The position numbers and the translations under genes were made by a program. A stretch of 64,000 nucleotides of DNA from Felis catus. Lineage: Eukaryota. Below the pieces are notes generated by a model that saw only the letters and a program-made list of their open reading frames with translations, was not told where the DNA came from and ran no database searches. Of this stretch, positions 24,950 through 38,329 are shown in pieces. The first letter of the stretch is position 1. The number at the start of each line of letters is the position of its first letter. The stretch covers positions 226,488,001 to 226,552,000 of the forward strand of contig NC_058368.1 of NCBI RefSeq assembly GCF_018350175.1, in the 5' to 3' direction.

Positions 24950-26898
24950 TCAAGGACACCGCAGAAACAGCAACTGAAACAAACAAACTGCCAGTGTGCC
25001 TGTGAAAAAGCTTGGAGCTTCAGCCTGAGGGACAGGACTAGCATATATCTAGAGGCTTCAGAAGTGTGCTAAGGGAACTAGGTTGGGGACACCATTTTTG
25101 TGCTCTTCCTTGGTCTCCTTACAGCTTTCTGGTACCTCCCAGAAAAAAAGTTCATACACATGTCTGGAGCCCCAATTTTTGCAACTCTTGTGAAGGAGAC
25201 ACCTCCAGATCACCTGGTCTAGAGGCCAGCAGGGTTTACAATTGCAGTCCTACAGGGCTGTACATATTTACGTACCTTAAATACTGTTGCCTGAGGGTCT
25301 GGCTTCCAATCAGCCTGAAACTAGGTGCTGACAGAGATCCCTCCCTGTGGAGCACTCACAGAACTTGGCACTCCCTCAACAACAGGGTCCTATCAAAAAT
25401 ATATCAGGCTGTCTTGAACCTGACAGTCACACAGGTTCAAGAAACAACTGAGAGAAGTAGCTGTTTCACCTTATACACAGAAACAAACACAGAGAGTCAA
25501 GCAAAATAAGGAGAAAGAGGAATATGCTCCAGAAGAGAGAGCCAGATTAAACCAAGATTAATAATTTATCTGGGGCGCCTGGGTGGCACAGTCGGTTAAG
25601 CGTCTGACTTCAGCCAGGTCATGATTTCGCGGTCCGTGAGTTCGAGCCCCGTGTCGGGCTCTGGGCTGATGGCTCGGAGCCTGGAGCCTGTTTCCGATTC
25701 TGTGTTTCCCTCTCTCTCTGCCCCTCCCCCGTTCATGCTCTGTCTCTCTCTGTCCCAAAAATAAATAAACGTTGAAAAAAAAATTAAAAAAAAATAATTT
25801 ATCTGATACAGAGTTCAAAATAATAGTCATGAAGATGTTCAATGATCTTGGGAGAAGAATGGATGAACACCAATAGAACTTCAGCAATGAGACTGAAAAT
25901 ATAAGAAAGTACCAAATAGAAATCACAAAGCTGAAGAATACAATAACTAAAATGAAAAAACACTAGAGGGGTTCAATAGCAGACTAGATGAAGCAGAAGA
26001 AAAAGTGGAATTTGCCCAAATAAAGCAGACAAAAGAAAATAATTTTACAAGTATAATAGCTTAAAAGACTTATGGGACAACAAGCAGAATGACATTCACA
26101 TTATTGGGGTCCCAGAAGGAGAAGAGAGAGAGAAAAGAGTAGAATACTTATTTGAAGAAATAATGGTTGAAAACTTCTCTAACCTGGGGAACAAAACAGA
26201 CATCCAAATCCAGGAAGCTAAGAGAGTTCCCAAGAAGATGAACCCAAAGAGACCTACACCAAGACACCTTATAATTAAAATGTCAAGAGTTAAAGATAAA
26301 GAGAAAATCTTAATAGCAGCAAGAAAAAACAACTTGTTATGTACGAGAACCCCCATAAAACTATCAGCAGATTTCTCAGCAGAAACTTAGCAGGCCAGAA
26401 GGGAGGGGCATGATATATACAAAGTGCTGAAAGAAAAAAAAAGCTTCCAACCAAGAACATTCTACACAGCAAGGTTATTTGCGATTGAAGAAAAGATAAA
26501 GACCTTTCCAGACAAGCAAAGCTAAACAAATTTAAGACCACTAAACCCATCCTACCATAAAGTTAAAGGGACTTCTTTAAGTGGAGACAAATTAGTAAGA
26601 AGCACTAATTAGTAAGAAGAAAACATATGCAAGTAAAAACTCCTTAGAAAAGGTAAATATGTGGTAAAGTAGTAGATCAATCACTTTTACAAAGCTATTG
26701 TGAAGGGCAAAAGGCAAAAGAAGTAAAAACAACTATGCAATAATTAGCGGATACACACAATAAAAAGATGTAAAATGTGACCTCTGAAACATAAAACATG
26801 GTGGGGGGCAAGTAAAAATGCTTTAGAGTTTTACAGTGCATTCGAATTTTACTTGCTAAAATAAATGAATCATGGAAATGTTTTATAAAAAAAAAAAA
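24950..26898 (+). mobile_element. Decayed L1 5' portion (5'UTR, ORF1, inter-ORF), interrupted by a SINE
   Basis: ORF 26163-26390 (ENFSNLGNKTDIQIQEAKRVPKKMNPKRPTPRHLIIKM...KDKEKIL) is L1 ORF1p; multiple stops and frameshifts; no ORF2 follows. Confidence 0.88.
25572..25792 (+). mobile_element. Young feline CanSINE (SINEC_Fc-type)
   Basis: Diagnostic cagccagg and tgtcccaaaaataaataaacgttg; perfect TSD aataatttatct (25560-25571 / 25793-25804). Confidence 0.98.
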
Positions 26899-27174
26899 GA
26901 GAGTCACGCAGGAGGTACAATGCTTCCTTCTTTGCTAAAATAGGCCGTTAGCAAAGACGCGAGATCAGAGAATAGTGTTACAGGAAGTAATGCAAGAAAA
27001 CTGCCCCAGGTTCAGGATGAGGTCAGCTGGCACCTTCAGCAACAAAAGGAAAGTCCAGCCCAAGGAACTTGTAAGATTTAAACCAGGCTATTGCTGAATC
27101 TAATGATAAAAATCCTCAGCAATTTATTATTTTTCACCCAGAGTATATAATTATTAACTTTATATCACAAACTT

Positions 27175-27379
27175 AAAAAAAATCAATGTTTATTAATTTT
27201 TGAGAGACAGAGCATGAGTGGGGGAGGGGCAGAGAGAGACAGAGACACAGAATCCGAAGCAGGCTCCAGGCTCTGAGCTGTCAGCATAGAGCCTAACATG
27301 GGGCTCAAACTCACAAACCGTGAGATCATGACCTGAACTGAAGTCAGATGCTTAACTGACTGAGCCAACCAGGCACCCC
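27175..27379 (-). mobile_element. CanSINE
   Basis: Reverse body; TSD atcacaaactt. Confidence 0.96.
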
Positions 27380-27419
27380 ACACATCACAAACTTTTAAAA
27401 CAAAAGTTCTACTAGATTG

Positions 27420-27545
27420 TATACCCTACTAGAATATAAGCTCCTTGAGGGCAGGGATTTTAACTTATTTTATTTGCTGATGTATAACAGTGCTTACAAT
27501 AGATACACGGCGGGCAGTTAACAAAATATTTGCGCAGTAAATAAA
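27420..27545 (+). mobile_element. L2 3' end
   Basis: ctagaatataagctccttgagggcagggatttt...aaatatttg. Confidence 0.75.
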
Positions 27546-28212
27546 AACCAAAAAGGATCCTTATCCCATCCCCAACATGGCTGCCGTATACGACTGTGCA
27601 GGTTGTAGCCTGTATAAAATTACCTTGTCCAGCTGGCAAAGTGAGGCTGGAATCCAGCCCATGTGTATCCACGAAACTCTGGCCCTGGCCTGCTAGTGCA
27701 ACCACAAAAAATGTGTGGTTTTGTAATCCATATGCCCAATGAGGAAGGTTTCTTGTGGACAATGTCTCCTGGGCTCTGCCAATGCATGCTTCCTCAAGAT
27801 GGTACCCTGGTGAGACACATAGGTCAAGCCACTAGAAGCAACACAGTCCATTTCCTCAAAACCATTCTACAATTCAGACATTCTGTCAGTTTGTTTCATT
27901 ACTGAGATCTTCCTGCATCAACAATCCTGCCCAATGACTGAGAATAACACCTTCAACAAGTCCTTACAAACCTAACTCGCAAGTTGAATCTGAAGTCTTG
28001 AAATTGCAAAGAATTTGCCCTGCCTCCTGTATAGCTTTTAATTAGTCAACATGCTACTCTGGGCAATTGGATCATCATTTCTTTTTCCTTTTCTTTTGTT
28101 ATTACATAATCAAAGATAATTAGTAACTGAAAGCATATAAAATATTTAAGTGGGGAGAAACATTAGCATGTAGGGTAAATTAATGAATGAATCAATGGTG
28201 CGGCATATCAGT

Positions 28213-28429
28213 CAAGTTTCCTTAAACTTTGATACTCTTGGCATTTGTGGCCAGATAATTCTTGTTGTCAGGGGCTTCCTGTGCATTGTGGGATGTTTAG
28301 CAGTATCCCTGGTTTCCACCCACTAGATGCCAGTAGCATTCCACCTCCCAGCCGAGTCATGCCCAATGTCTCCAGATGTTTCCAAATGTTTCCTGGGGAG
28401 CAAAATCACCCCCAGTTGAGAACGACCAG
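28213..28429 (+). mobile_element. MER20
   Basis: ggccagataattcttgttg...ggatgtttagcagtatccctgg...cccactagatgccagtagca...cccccagttgagaac. Confidence 0.9.
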
Positions 28430-29389
28430 TAGGCAAAGCTGCCATATTGGAACTGGGGTAAAGCCAGAAGATGTTTAGATAGTCATGGGTAAATAAAAAG
28501 AATTACCAGCAAAATACTAGCCTAAGCCTTAGCCTTAACGGCAAACTGAGAAATGGTCCAAGTACAGCTGCCTTTTCGGGGAACAGAAGATGGTAAAAGG
28601 GGAGAGGGATGAGGTCAGATAAGCAGAAGACTAAGCAAAAAATATGGGGTAATGTTTGTGACTGGGTAACTAAGTCAGAGATGGAAAACCTGGATTGTGC
28701 AATCCCCTTGGGTTCCACCTCAGGGAACAATCTTACGTAAGATCCTCATGTGTGCATTTGAGCCTGCTAATCCCCTTTGCCTGAGAAAACAATCTTTGCT
28801 GAGAAATCAAGAGTACCACCACTCTGTTGGCCTGATGCAGAGAATGTATGCATTGAAATAAGATCTACTGTGATAATAAAGAAAGAAACGCCGAGCAAAT
28901 AGAAATGGTTGGTTTCATAATGACCATTGTGAATGGCCAGGTTGACCCCCAACAACCTCCAATCTATGAGTGAAGTTGATTAGCTTATGTTTTTAGGGAG
29001 GAAGTTGTTTAAAACTGATCTCACTCTAATCTTGATGATCCCGTTGCTCTTTTCGGAAACTTTCTGAACTTCAGGTTTGGCCCCAAACTATCTTAGAGCA
29101 GAGCACGCATTGACAAAGCTTAAGACTGCAAGAACTGTATCCTCATGAAAGCTTGTGAAGGAAGGAAAGATTAAAAGCAAAGTGGCATCTTGGCATTCAT
29201 TCTGGCCTATTTGATCATTACGGTTGAGGCCTGGGAACATTGCTTATGATATCTACTAGCCTCCTGGTTTTCTTGAAATATCTCCTTCGTTTGAATTCCA
29301 AGACCCACAGTCTGATGATTTCCTCCTCCTCCTCTTGCTCGGGGCTAAAATTGGAGGCGCAGGACTCCCTCTCTGGGTAGACTCATGTC

Positions 29390-29715
29390 CAGCTTGGTGG
29401 CACCACCACCACGGTCCCTGAAAGATGCTTCCTATGAACTGTTATCAGTCCACAGTTGTGCAGGTACAGAAAGCCGGGGTAAGCATTTAGAAACTTGTGT
29501 AGCAGTTTGACAATTTCATGTCCGTGAAATGTAATAGCAATAGACTAAAACAAAAATGTAGCCCTTTATATTCTTCATGTCTTTATTTCACTTCTCCTTT
29601 AATTTCATTTTGTCTTTATAGTTCCTGTATTTAACAAAGTATGTGTCCACAGCAAATGAGAAAGAAAAAAAACAAAGATTCTTTACCAGAGATCAGAGAG
29701 GTTTTGAAAAAGAAC
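29390..29715. mobile_element. Probable hAT-Charlie-family MITE
   Basis: taagcatttagaaacttgtgtagcagtttgaca...tttaccagagat...ttttgaaaaagaacc interrupts the L2; family assignment is from memory. Confidence 0.45.
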
Positions 29716-30576
29716 CATCTTCAGATAATCTCATCTAATTCCGTGGTTTTAGCAATGTCATCTCTATGCTGCTGGCATTCAGTTTGAGATCCCCAGCCTC
29801 AACATTCCCTGAGTTCCAGATTCAGATGTCCACCAGCCTACAGGCGTCTCTACTTGGAAGTCAAGAAGCAACTCATAGTTGACATGTCCTGAAACAAAGG
29901 CTCTTGTTTGATGTTGCTCAACCCTGCTCTGCCTCACTTACTATTCCTCAGCTCATTAAATGCACTACTACCAAATTTTAAGGCCAAATACTCAGGGGTC
30001 ATCCTTAACTAGTATGTTTCTGTCCCCCTCTACATCCTATGCAGTAGGTATGCCTGGAGACCCTGACTCCAACAGATATCTCAAGTGGGACCACTTCTCA
30101 CCATCCCTTACCAGCAAGACCCCAGCTCAAGCCATTATCCCCTCACCCCTGAAGAAATGAAACAGCCTCTGTTCCTTCCCCTGCTTCTACTCTTGTCCAT
30201 AACAGTCCATTTCCCCAGCAGCCACAGTGGTTACTTAATAGTATAGACCTGATCAAGTCCCCTGTACTCTAAACTCTTCAGTGGGTTCCTATCACATTAC
30301 AACAAAGTCCAGAGTATTACCACAGTCTAGGAGACCCTGTAGAATCTTCCCCTCCAGTTTTCTGACATCACTTGTGACTGCCCTTCTGCTGGCTCACTCT
30401 GCTTTGTCAAACACAGGGCCCTCCTCTGGTCATGTCAACACCTCAAGCATGCGCCTATCTTAGGAGATTTTGCAGTTGATTTCCCTTTGCCTGAAACATT
30501 TTTCTAGACATCTCCAAGGCTCACTTCTCTGCTTCCCTGAGAACCTTTTCCAAGCAACATTACCATGCTTTGTCTT

Positions 30577-30765
30577 TTTTTTAAGTTTATTTATTTATTC
30601 TGAGGGAGAGAGAAGACAAGCAGGAGAGGAACAGAGAGAGAGGGAGACAGAATCACAAGCAGGCTCCACGTTGTCAGCACAGAGCCCGACGTGGGCTTGA
30701 ACTCACAAACCATGAGATCATGACCTGACCTGAAATCAAGAGTTGGATGGTTAACTGACTGACCC
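30577..30765 (-). mobile_element. CanSINE with truncated head
   Basis: Perfect 16-bp TSD taccatgctttgtctt (30561-30576 / 30766-30781). Confidence 0.95.
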
Positions 30766-31378
30766 TACCATGCTTTGTCTTAATCACACTTACTACAATG
30801 CATCACAACTAATTAATATTGTCATAGAATTTCATTATTTTAAAATTTGCTAATTACCTCTCTCTTCTCTCTAGAATGTAACCTCCACAAGGGCAGGGAT
30901 TTAGACTTGTTCATTCTCCTGTGTCTGAAGAATGCCTGACACAGAGGAGAGGCCGTGTTTGAATGAGCTACTTTATTTCAAACCCGTTCATGAAAATACC
31001 AAGTAATAACAGTATATTAGCTAACAACAAGGGTTCTTGACTTAGGCTTGTCGCTCACCCATTCATCGGATTCCTTTATCATTTTTATCAAGAAACCATG
31101 CACCCTATGGGCCACCCTTTCCAAATAATTAAATATTTATAACTAAACATTTAGACTGTTCAGCAATGAGCCACAGAAATGGGAACTGCGGAGAAATGCA
31201 TCAATTCAGACTCACCTGACTTTTACTTTGTGGTTAACAGTTTTGAGTTTTGTCCAACACACCATAGGCAATTCAACGTAACAGTGTGGATAAGATTGAA
31301 AGGAAGTGATTTAAAATTTTTTAAGGATGCCAACTCTCCAACACCAGCGAAGAAGTCATAAAAAATACAAGTGATTTT

Positions 31379-31600
31379 GGGGGCACCTGGGTGGCTCAGT
31401 AGGTTAAACGACCAACTACGGTTCAGGTCATGATTTCACGGTTGATGGGTTCAAACCCGCATTGGGCTCTGAGCTGTCAGCACAGAGCCTGGAGCTTGCT
31501 TGCTTCAGATTTTGTGTCTCCCTCTCTCTCTGCCCCTCCCCAACTCATGCTCTGTCTCTCTCTCTTTCTCAAAGATAAATAAATATTACAAAACTTTTTC
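31379..31600 (+). mobile_element. CanSINE
   Basis: Full body; TSD tacaagtgattt. Confidence 0.96.
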
Positions 31601-31717
31601 AAAGTACAAGTGATTTCAATGATAATCGAAATGTCATCTCATTTTTCCATAGTACATGTCATTGAAGACTCCACTAGACCGCCCTCATTCATTTAGTCCT
31701 TGGCTATTGGGGCTTAT

Positions 31718-31860
31718 CACTCATTCATTCATATTATAGGGATTTACTGAATACCTACTTTGTGCCGGGCACTGTTCCAGGGGGTGGGACAGAACAGTAC
31801 AGCCAACAACAAAGCACACAGAAGTCTTTTCCCTCACCCAGCTGCCTTTCTGGGGGAGCT
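31718..31860 (-). mobile_element. L2 3' end
   Basis: tcattcattc...atttactgaatacctactttgtgccgggcactgttc. Confidence 0.75.
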
Positions 31861-34214
31861 TTGTTACTTCTGACATCTGTTTTTAAAAAGAGCGAAACTA
31901 CTTTCATCAGCCAAATTCTGTAATTCATTGGCTTCGAGGAGTTTTCGTGTCCGCTCTGTAGAGATGGGTTTGCTCTTTTTTTTCCATAGTCCATATTTTA
32001 AAATGTCTAAACAGCTTCAAAATTAAGATGTATATCCTTCTCTACCACCCCAGGGAAAACACTTAGGAAACGCTTTTCAGCTTTTGATTTATTAAAGACA
32101 AAACCATTTGTATTTCTCACAAGGGAGTATTTATAGATATGTATCCCATACAAGTAATCTCATCAAGTAATTTTGGATGAAAACATTTCTTAAAACAGCA
32201 GAAGGTGACTATAAAGCAGAAACAGACTTAAGCAGTCTATGTGCTCAATTAACCACTCGCTCCTACTCCCAGAGCTCTGGGTTTATGCCAACATGCTGCT
32301 GACACTAGCATCCGTAAAATCATTGCTTTGGATTTTTACTCAAACCCACTTGTAACTACCATGAGGCCATATATCCCACCACTGGTATATCTGTCCCCTG
32401 ACTACTGTGCTCCCGTTCAGTCAGTGGATTTACTTTATATTTGCAAGGCAATCTTATTCTAGCTGAACTGTTGGTGTTTCCAGTGAAAATCTTTTTTTCC
32501 CTATTCAGCCTGTATAGATGGTGTTAAAACTCTTAAGGACGGCTCCATTTTCCCTATAAAACTTAACCGGACTATATGTGTCTTCCTTTCTTGCTTCCTA
32601 CCTTGCCTTTTTCAGCAAGGCAGCCTCTGAGAACCCATGAATTAATATTCACTGCACAGAGCCAGATGTATTTTCAAAAGTTGTAGTCTTTGATTCTTTT
32701 TCCACCCAAGAACAGCGTTTTCTGGGAAAAGAAGAAAAACAAGGCGAGGAAGGAGCTTTAAATCTTCCACAAAAGGTAGTGAATGCCAAAGAATGACCTC
32801 TTCCATATACATAATTTCACCATGACTGTCGATCCACAGTTTTTGGAAAGAAAAACTCTATTTTTTCTTAGTTGAAAGTTCATGGGAGAACTGTATGAGA
32901 AAGAAGTTGCAATTATATATGCAAAACACTCATATCTATCCAATGGGCAAATCACCAACAAAACTGGGTATTACGTTTAATATGAGGCAGAACTGTTTCC
33001 AAAATTAAAAATATGTATCAGTAGACCTAAAGCGTGTCTGTGTAACTGTGAAAGCCAAAAACCAGGCAATGTTTACAGCGAGACCACCAATTAACATCAT
33101 GTGCCCGTCTACAAGAATATTTTCTAAATAACAAATAACCTCTGGCAACGGGCCATCTGTTCGCATTGAGAAATGTTCCAAGAAAGAGCATGAGGACACG
33201 TGCTACTTATGTGGGTGATACTGTCTTTTGGTCTTCCTCCTTGTTTAGTGTCCCCAGGATGAGAACACACGGGAGACATTTATCTGTCTCTTAGGAAAAT
33301 GTATGATTGTCCAGGGCAACGCCACTCTTCAAGGCTTACAAATATATTGAATTGTGAAATTGACTGTGTTTCTCTCTTTGTCTGGACAGTTAGGGAAGTG
33401 AGCCAAACTTGTGACCGCCTCTGACAAATGTGGCAGAGCCCAGCCTTTGCGAATGTTACCTGTTCCTTAGCTGTGTTTCACGTTTCTGTCCATACTTTCC
33501 CTGTGCCAAATTGATCGTACCTCTCACCTCTCCATTGATTCAATTCCACACTATTGGTGAGCCACCTCAAACCCATTTCATCCAAAAGGTAAGGGTTTAG
33601 GGAACCAGGGACACACACATATTTACCAGCAAAAATAATTTCTCATTAGATATATAAATGCTCTCACTTGTGATTCATGACTATTTGCAAGAGTCTGGTG
33701 TTCTTCTCCTGGAAAGCCGGTCGTATAGGATGCAGTTCATTTTAAGGGGCAAATGAAAAGGGTAACACGTTCAAGTGAAGTCTGAGGAGGCCTGTGCCCA
33801 ACACAGGGAGCTGTGAGTAGACAGCAAATAGAAGACCCATGCTTTCAGGGGCAAGTCACTTGTTAGACGGACATTCCAGCTGACGCCTGAACACTCTAGA
33901 TCCAACACTTAACACGTGACCCAACACATAAAGTGAGGGGGCAAATGTTACTGTGCAGAGCTCATAGCAAAGGAGGTGGAAGAAAACCAAGGTGATGAGT
34001 CTGGAATCCCTCACCCTCACTGAGATAGAAGGTTTCAGAGACTGGAAGTTAAAGAATGGTCTTTGAATGATCTTTGTCATTAGAACTTTGCTGTGAGTGC
34101 CCTATCTCCACCAGCTAACGAAGCAGGTATGGGGTGTCCCCTCCAACGTCAGTTGGGAAGCGGAGGGCCTTACAAAAACCACTTGAAACCGGTAAGATCC
34201 TACAATGGATATCA

Positions 34215-34650
34215 TGAAAAGAAACGGTAAGAAGTGGGAGGATGTAGAGAAATTGGAACCCTCATAAAATGCCGGTGGGAATATAAAATGGAGCAGCTGC
34301 CGTGGAAACCAGTCTGGCAGTCCCTGAAAGGTAAGAACCACCCCATACCCAGCAATTCTCCTCAAACGCGTATACCAACAAGAGACGAAAACGTATGTTC
34401 GCACAAACACTTGCACGCAACTGTTCCTAGCAGCATTCTTCAGAAGAGCCTGCAAATTAGAAGCAACCCAAATGGCCATCAACTGATGAACGGATAAACA
34501 AATGGGTGAATGCATAAAAGGAGAATATCTGACAATAAAAATGGGAAGTGCCGACACACGCCAAAACGTGGAGGAACTTCGTAAACGCTACACTGAGTCA
34601 AGGAAGCCCATCACAAAAGACCACACACTGTGTGATTCTCTTCACAGGTT
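34215..34650 (+). mobile_element. Old L1 (L1MB-like) ORF2 C-terminal/3' fragment
   Basis: gaggatgtagagaaattggaaccctca...cccagcaattc...caacccaaatggccatcaactgatgaacggataaacaaatg. Confidence 0.88.
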
Positions 34651-35262
34651 TTCTAGGTGTTTTAATGAAATAGGGATGCATCTGTCCACGGGATGGAAGC
34701 CACAGGTGAGAAAACCCCAATGGTGGGGGCCTCTGAACAACCAAGTCAAGTAGGCATGGGAGAGAAAGAGTCCGATGTGGACATCTGCTGAGTCCAAGAA
34801 ACAGAGACGGCAATGCCACCATAGCATCCGTGAGCACAAACCCCTTTCCCCTCTTCCCTCTGCCCCCTCTGCACCCTGGAGGTCTCAGAATCCCAGGTGA
34901 CAAAGGAGAGGTCGGTAACCATCAAACTTGACTTCCTCCAACGGCAGGCTACGCGCTTTCCTCCCTGCAGCAGTCGCATCGAGGGAAGAAGTAAGCCACT
35001 TTCCATTGGGCTGGAGGCTTCGTGATTATAAGGGTCTGAACAACGGAAATACTGAAATGAGGTGGTCTTTGCACCTCCCTTAAGAGCAACTGAGAAGACT
35101 GGGTCCATGTGAGTGCTCACCCGGGGAGGGCAGGGCTGGCCCCCACTGACTAATGAGGAGAACATGGGAGACAAAATAGCTTTGCTTAACGAATGTGTGC
35201 CATGAGCCATAACTTGTCTGACATAACATTTTCACATTTTTTCCACGTGTTACATATTTGTT

Positions 35263-35729
35263 TGTCATGGTTAATGTTACGTGTTAACTTGACTGGATCA
35301 TGGGGGTCCCAGATATTTGACTGAACATCATTTCTGGGCGTGTTTCCGAGTGTGTTTCTGGATGAAATTAGCATTTGCCTTGGTGGTCTCAGGGAGGCAG
35401 TTCACGCTCCTCCGTGTGGGTGGACATCACCCCATCTATTGAAGACCCAAATAGAACAGAAAGGCTGAGTAAGGCAGAATTCAGCCCTTCCCGCCTAGCT
35501 GTTTTTTGTTTGTTTGTTTGTTTTTAGCAGAGACATGGATCATCTCCTGATGCCCCTGGTTCTCAGATCTTTGCACTTGGACTGAATGACACCACCAGCC
35601 TTCTGGTCTCCGGCTTATAGACAGCAGATTATAGGACTTCTCAGTGTCCATAAATGTATGAACTAATAGTTCATAGTAAATCATACATGCATATCCCATT
35701 GGTCTGTTTCTCTGGAGAACTCCAATACA
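35263..35729 (+). mobile_element. ERVL solo LTR (MLT2-like)
   Basis: TG...CA termini, cccagatatttgactgaacatcatttctggg, tctgtttctctggagaac; 5-bp TSD-like ttgtt / ttatt. Confidence 0.88.
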
Positions 35730-36472
35730 TTATTTCATCCAAACCAAAGAAATATCCTACAACATGAAGCTCAACGTGATCTCCCAACCTGTAAGTGACA
35801 CCCCTTTTCTACGGACCACATCCTGGGTCCTGGGGACGCTGGTACTGTTTCCACATGTTGGAGGGCAGGCATCAGCTCTACAGGAGGGACCAGTGACTCA
35901 ATCACACTTCAGCTTTTCTCAAGGGCAATCACAGATCTGAAAAGGTTATTGTTGACCTATTTGACGCAGACACTTGTCAACGTGTGAGATAATGACACTG
36001 CCACTCATGGAAAAGTACACAAAGGTGCAATGCAAGATCTCCTTCCTTACTAGATCTGCTGAGGGGCTTCTCAGCTCCCTCTCTATGATGACACTATGCA
36101 AAGTGGCCATTACACAAAGTGACACCCTCTTTACAAAGTAAAAAAGTCACTTTTCTGCCTACCCTATCTTCTGCCTGCCTATGTCAAGGGTTTGACATAC
36201 TGAGGTTTTGAAAATAAAGTCTGTCTACATGACATTTATAATTTTATAGAGTTTAAGCCACGTGTTCATTGAAATATTTGTTGAACATCTACGGGAGACA
36301 AATTCTGGGGCTTTGATTTGGGTGTAAAAGATGAACGTGGCCAAGGACCACTTAGTCTAATGGGGAAGACACAGAAACTGCTAGCTATAAGAGCGTAATA
36401 TCGATGTGGCAGAACAGATACAACAAAGAGCTCAAGTGCCCATTGGAAGAAGGATCAGGGAGTGGTGACTAC

Positions 36473-36700
36473 GTGGAGAAGTGAACATGGCTCTGGAATT
36501 AGGGTGCTGGCTCTCACATCTTAACTTTGGCCACTACTGGCTGTGTGACTCTGGGCAAGTTAGTAACCTCTCTGTGCTATTGTTTTCTCATCTATGAAAT
36601 GGAATGATAACTGTATCTACCTCTTAGAGTTGTTATAAATATTACGGTTAGCCCATAGAAAGCACATAAAATGGCTTTTGGACACAGGGAGGACCACATA
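36473..36700 (+). mobile_element. MIR
   Basis: ctggctgtgtgactctgggcaagttagtaacctctctgtgc...ctcatctatgaaatggaatgataac. Confidence 0.85.
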
Positions 36701-36795
36701 CATTGCTGATATGATAATTAGCAGGTCCCATGAATTGTGACAATGAGCAAATATCTGCTACTTTTTTATCCATAAAAGAAAATAGATGGAGCATG

Positions 36796-36798
<3 letters not shown>

Positions 36799-36829
<31 letters not shown>
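36799..36829. repeat. (TG)n microsatellite
   Basis: Pure TG run. Confidence 0.97.
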
Positions 36830-36831
<2 letters not shown>

Positions 36832-37099
36832 ACATACATCCCATCGGACAGAAGTGTGTCAAGTGGCCCCCTGCGGCTGCAAGAGAGGCCAAGAGTTTGT
36901 ATACTTCACTTTCCAGCTTTTAAGCTGGAGGAAGGCAAAGGGAACTGATGTTAAGGAGACCAGACCTTGGATGGCAGAATCGTCTCCTTGGTGCATGAAC
37001 TTTTTTAAAAACTAGCCAAGTTTAGAGTGAGGGACAAAGACGATGAACCCAAAACAAGCCCAGTGCACTAACATATTTGTGTTTAGAAATTTGTGTGTA

Positions 37100-37299
37100 G
37101 GGGCACGTGGGTGGCTCAGTCAGTTAAACGCCAGACCGGATTTCCGCTCAGGTCACGGTCTCACAGTTTGTGAGTTCGAGCCCTGGGTTGGGCTCCACAC
37201 TGACAGCGGATTCTCTCTGTCGCCCTCTCTCTCTGCCCCTCCCCTGTTCACTTGCTCTCTCTCTCTCTCTCTCAAAATAAATAAATAAATAAACTTTAT
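37100..37299 (+). mobile_element. CanSINE (first of tandem pair, internally shortened)
   Basis: Head ggggcacgtgggtggctcag, (CT)n and AAAT tail. Confidence 0.94.
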
Positions 37300-37505
37300 G
37301 GGGCACGTGAGTGGCTCAGTCGGTTACACATCTGACTTCAGCTCAGGTCATGGTCTCACGGTTTGTGGGTTTGAGCCCTGCATTGGGCTCTGTGCTGACA
37401 GCATGGAGCCTGGAGCCTGCTTCAGACTCTTGTCTCCCTCTCTCTCTGCCCCTCCCCCACTTGCCTTCTTTCTCTCTCTCAAAAATAAGCGTTAAAAATT
37501 TTTTT
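37300..37505 (+). mobile_element. CanSINE inserted in the tail of the preceding SINE
   Basis: Perfect 16-bp TSD aataaataaactttat (37284-37299 / 37506-37521). Confidence 0.96.
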
Positions 37506-38329
37506 AATAAATAAACTTTATAATATATATTTTAAGAAATAATTTATATATTTTTCTATTTTATCTATCACATTTAAGATAGGGTAATTTCTTTAGGTTT
37601 TCTGTCTTAATTATAAAAATAATAAAAATATATTAGTCTATAAAACAATACTGTAATGATCAAGAGAACTGAAGGGTGACCATCCTTACACATTCGATTG
37701 TTTACATTTAAGTAGGTTTCTCCAGAACTTGGGGCCATTTAGTTTGTTAGACCACTGAAAAGCTTGGAAAAGGGAAATGAATACATTACATCTATGAATG
37801 ATATTTAAATAGTTAGTGACGGTTAATTAACTTCGTTGTGAAGGTTCCCTTGAAAATGACTGCTCAAGTGTACCAGATTTATAAATAGAATGATGAGAGT
37901 CTGAACACAAGAGCTTAAGAAAAATTAGGTTTTGGAATTTGCAACTTTAGTATACTGAATGGTCACTAAAAGAAAGGCAAGTAGGTACAAATGATTGTTT
38001 TTCTTTGGATGGAACATCCAGAAAGACACTAAATCGTACACTGAAAACAACTAGTAGGAAACAGACCTTGATTGAAAACCATCAAATCAAATTCTATCCC
38101 ATCCTTCTGAGTAGTTCAGATTCCTATTGTGGTTTCTCTGGCTCATTGCCCATCATTTCAAAAGTCACTCTCACTATCTTTCACATCATCTCACATCATT
38201 ATAGCTCAGCCCTGTTCTCCTCTGACATTTATGACCCTTGGACGTTTCCTGGTCATTTAACCTCTATTCCACACGCTACATAAATGGTGCTTAAGTAGCC
38301 GAGGAATTCAAGGCTTATATTTGCCATCA

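Larger units (their letters stand above)
29230..30970 (+). mobile_element. L2 3' region (about 1.2 kb) with nested insertions
   Basis: cctgagttccagattcagatgtccaccagcctac...ctagaatgtaacctccacaagggcaggg; interrupted at about 29390-29715 and 30577-30765. Confidence 0.75.

Noticed and set aside
31838..31876. 39-nt minus-strand exon-like segment (aaacag|ATGTCAG...GCTGG|gtgagg)
   Set aside because: The donor lies within an L2 relic, the peptide is unrecognised and there are no partner exons.
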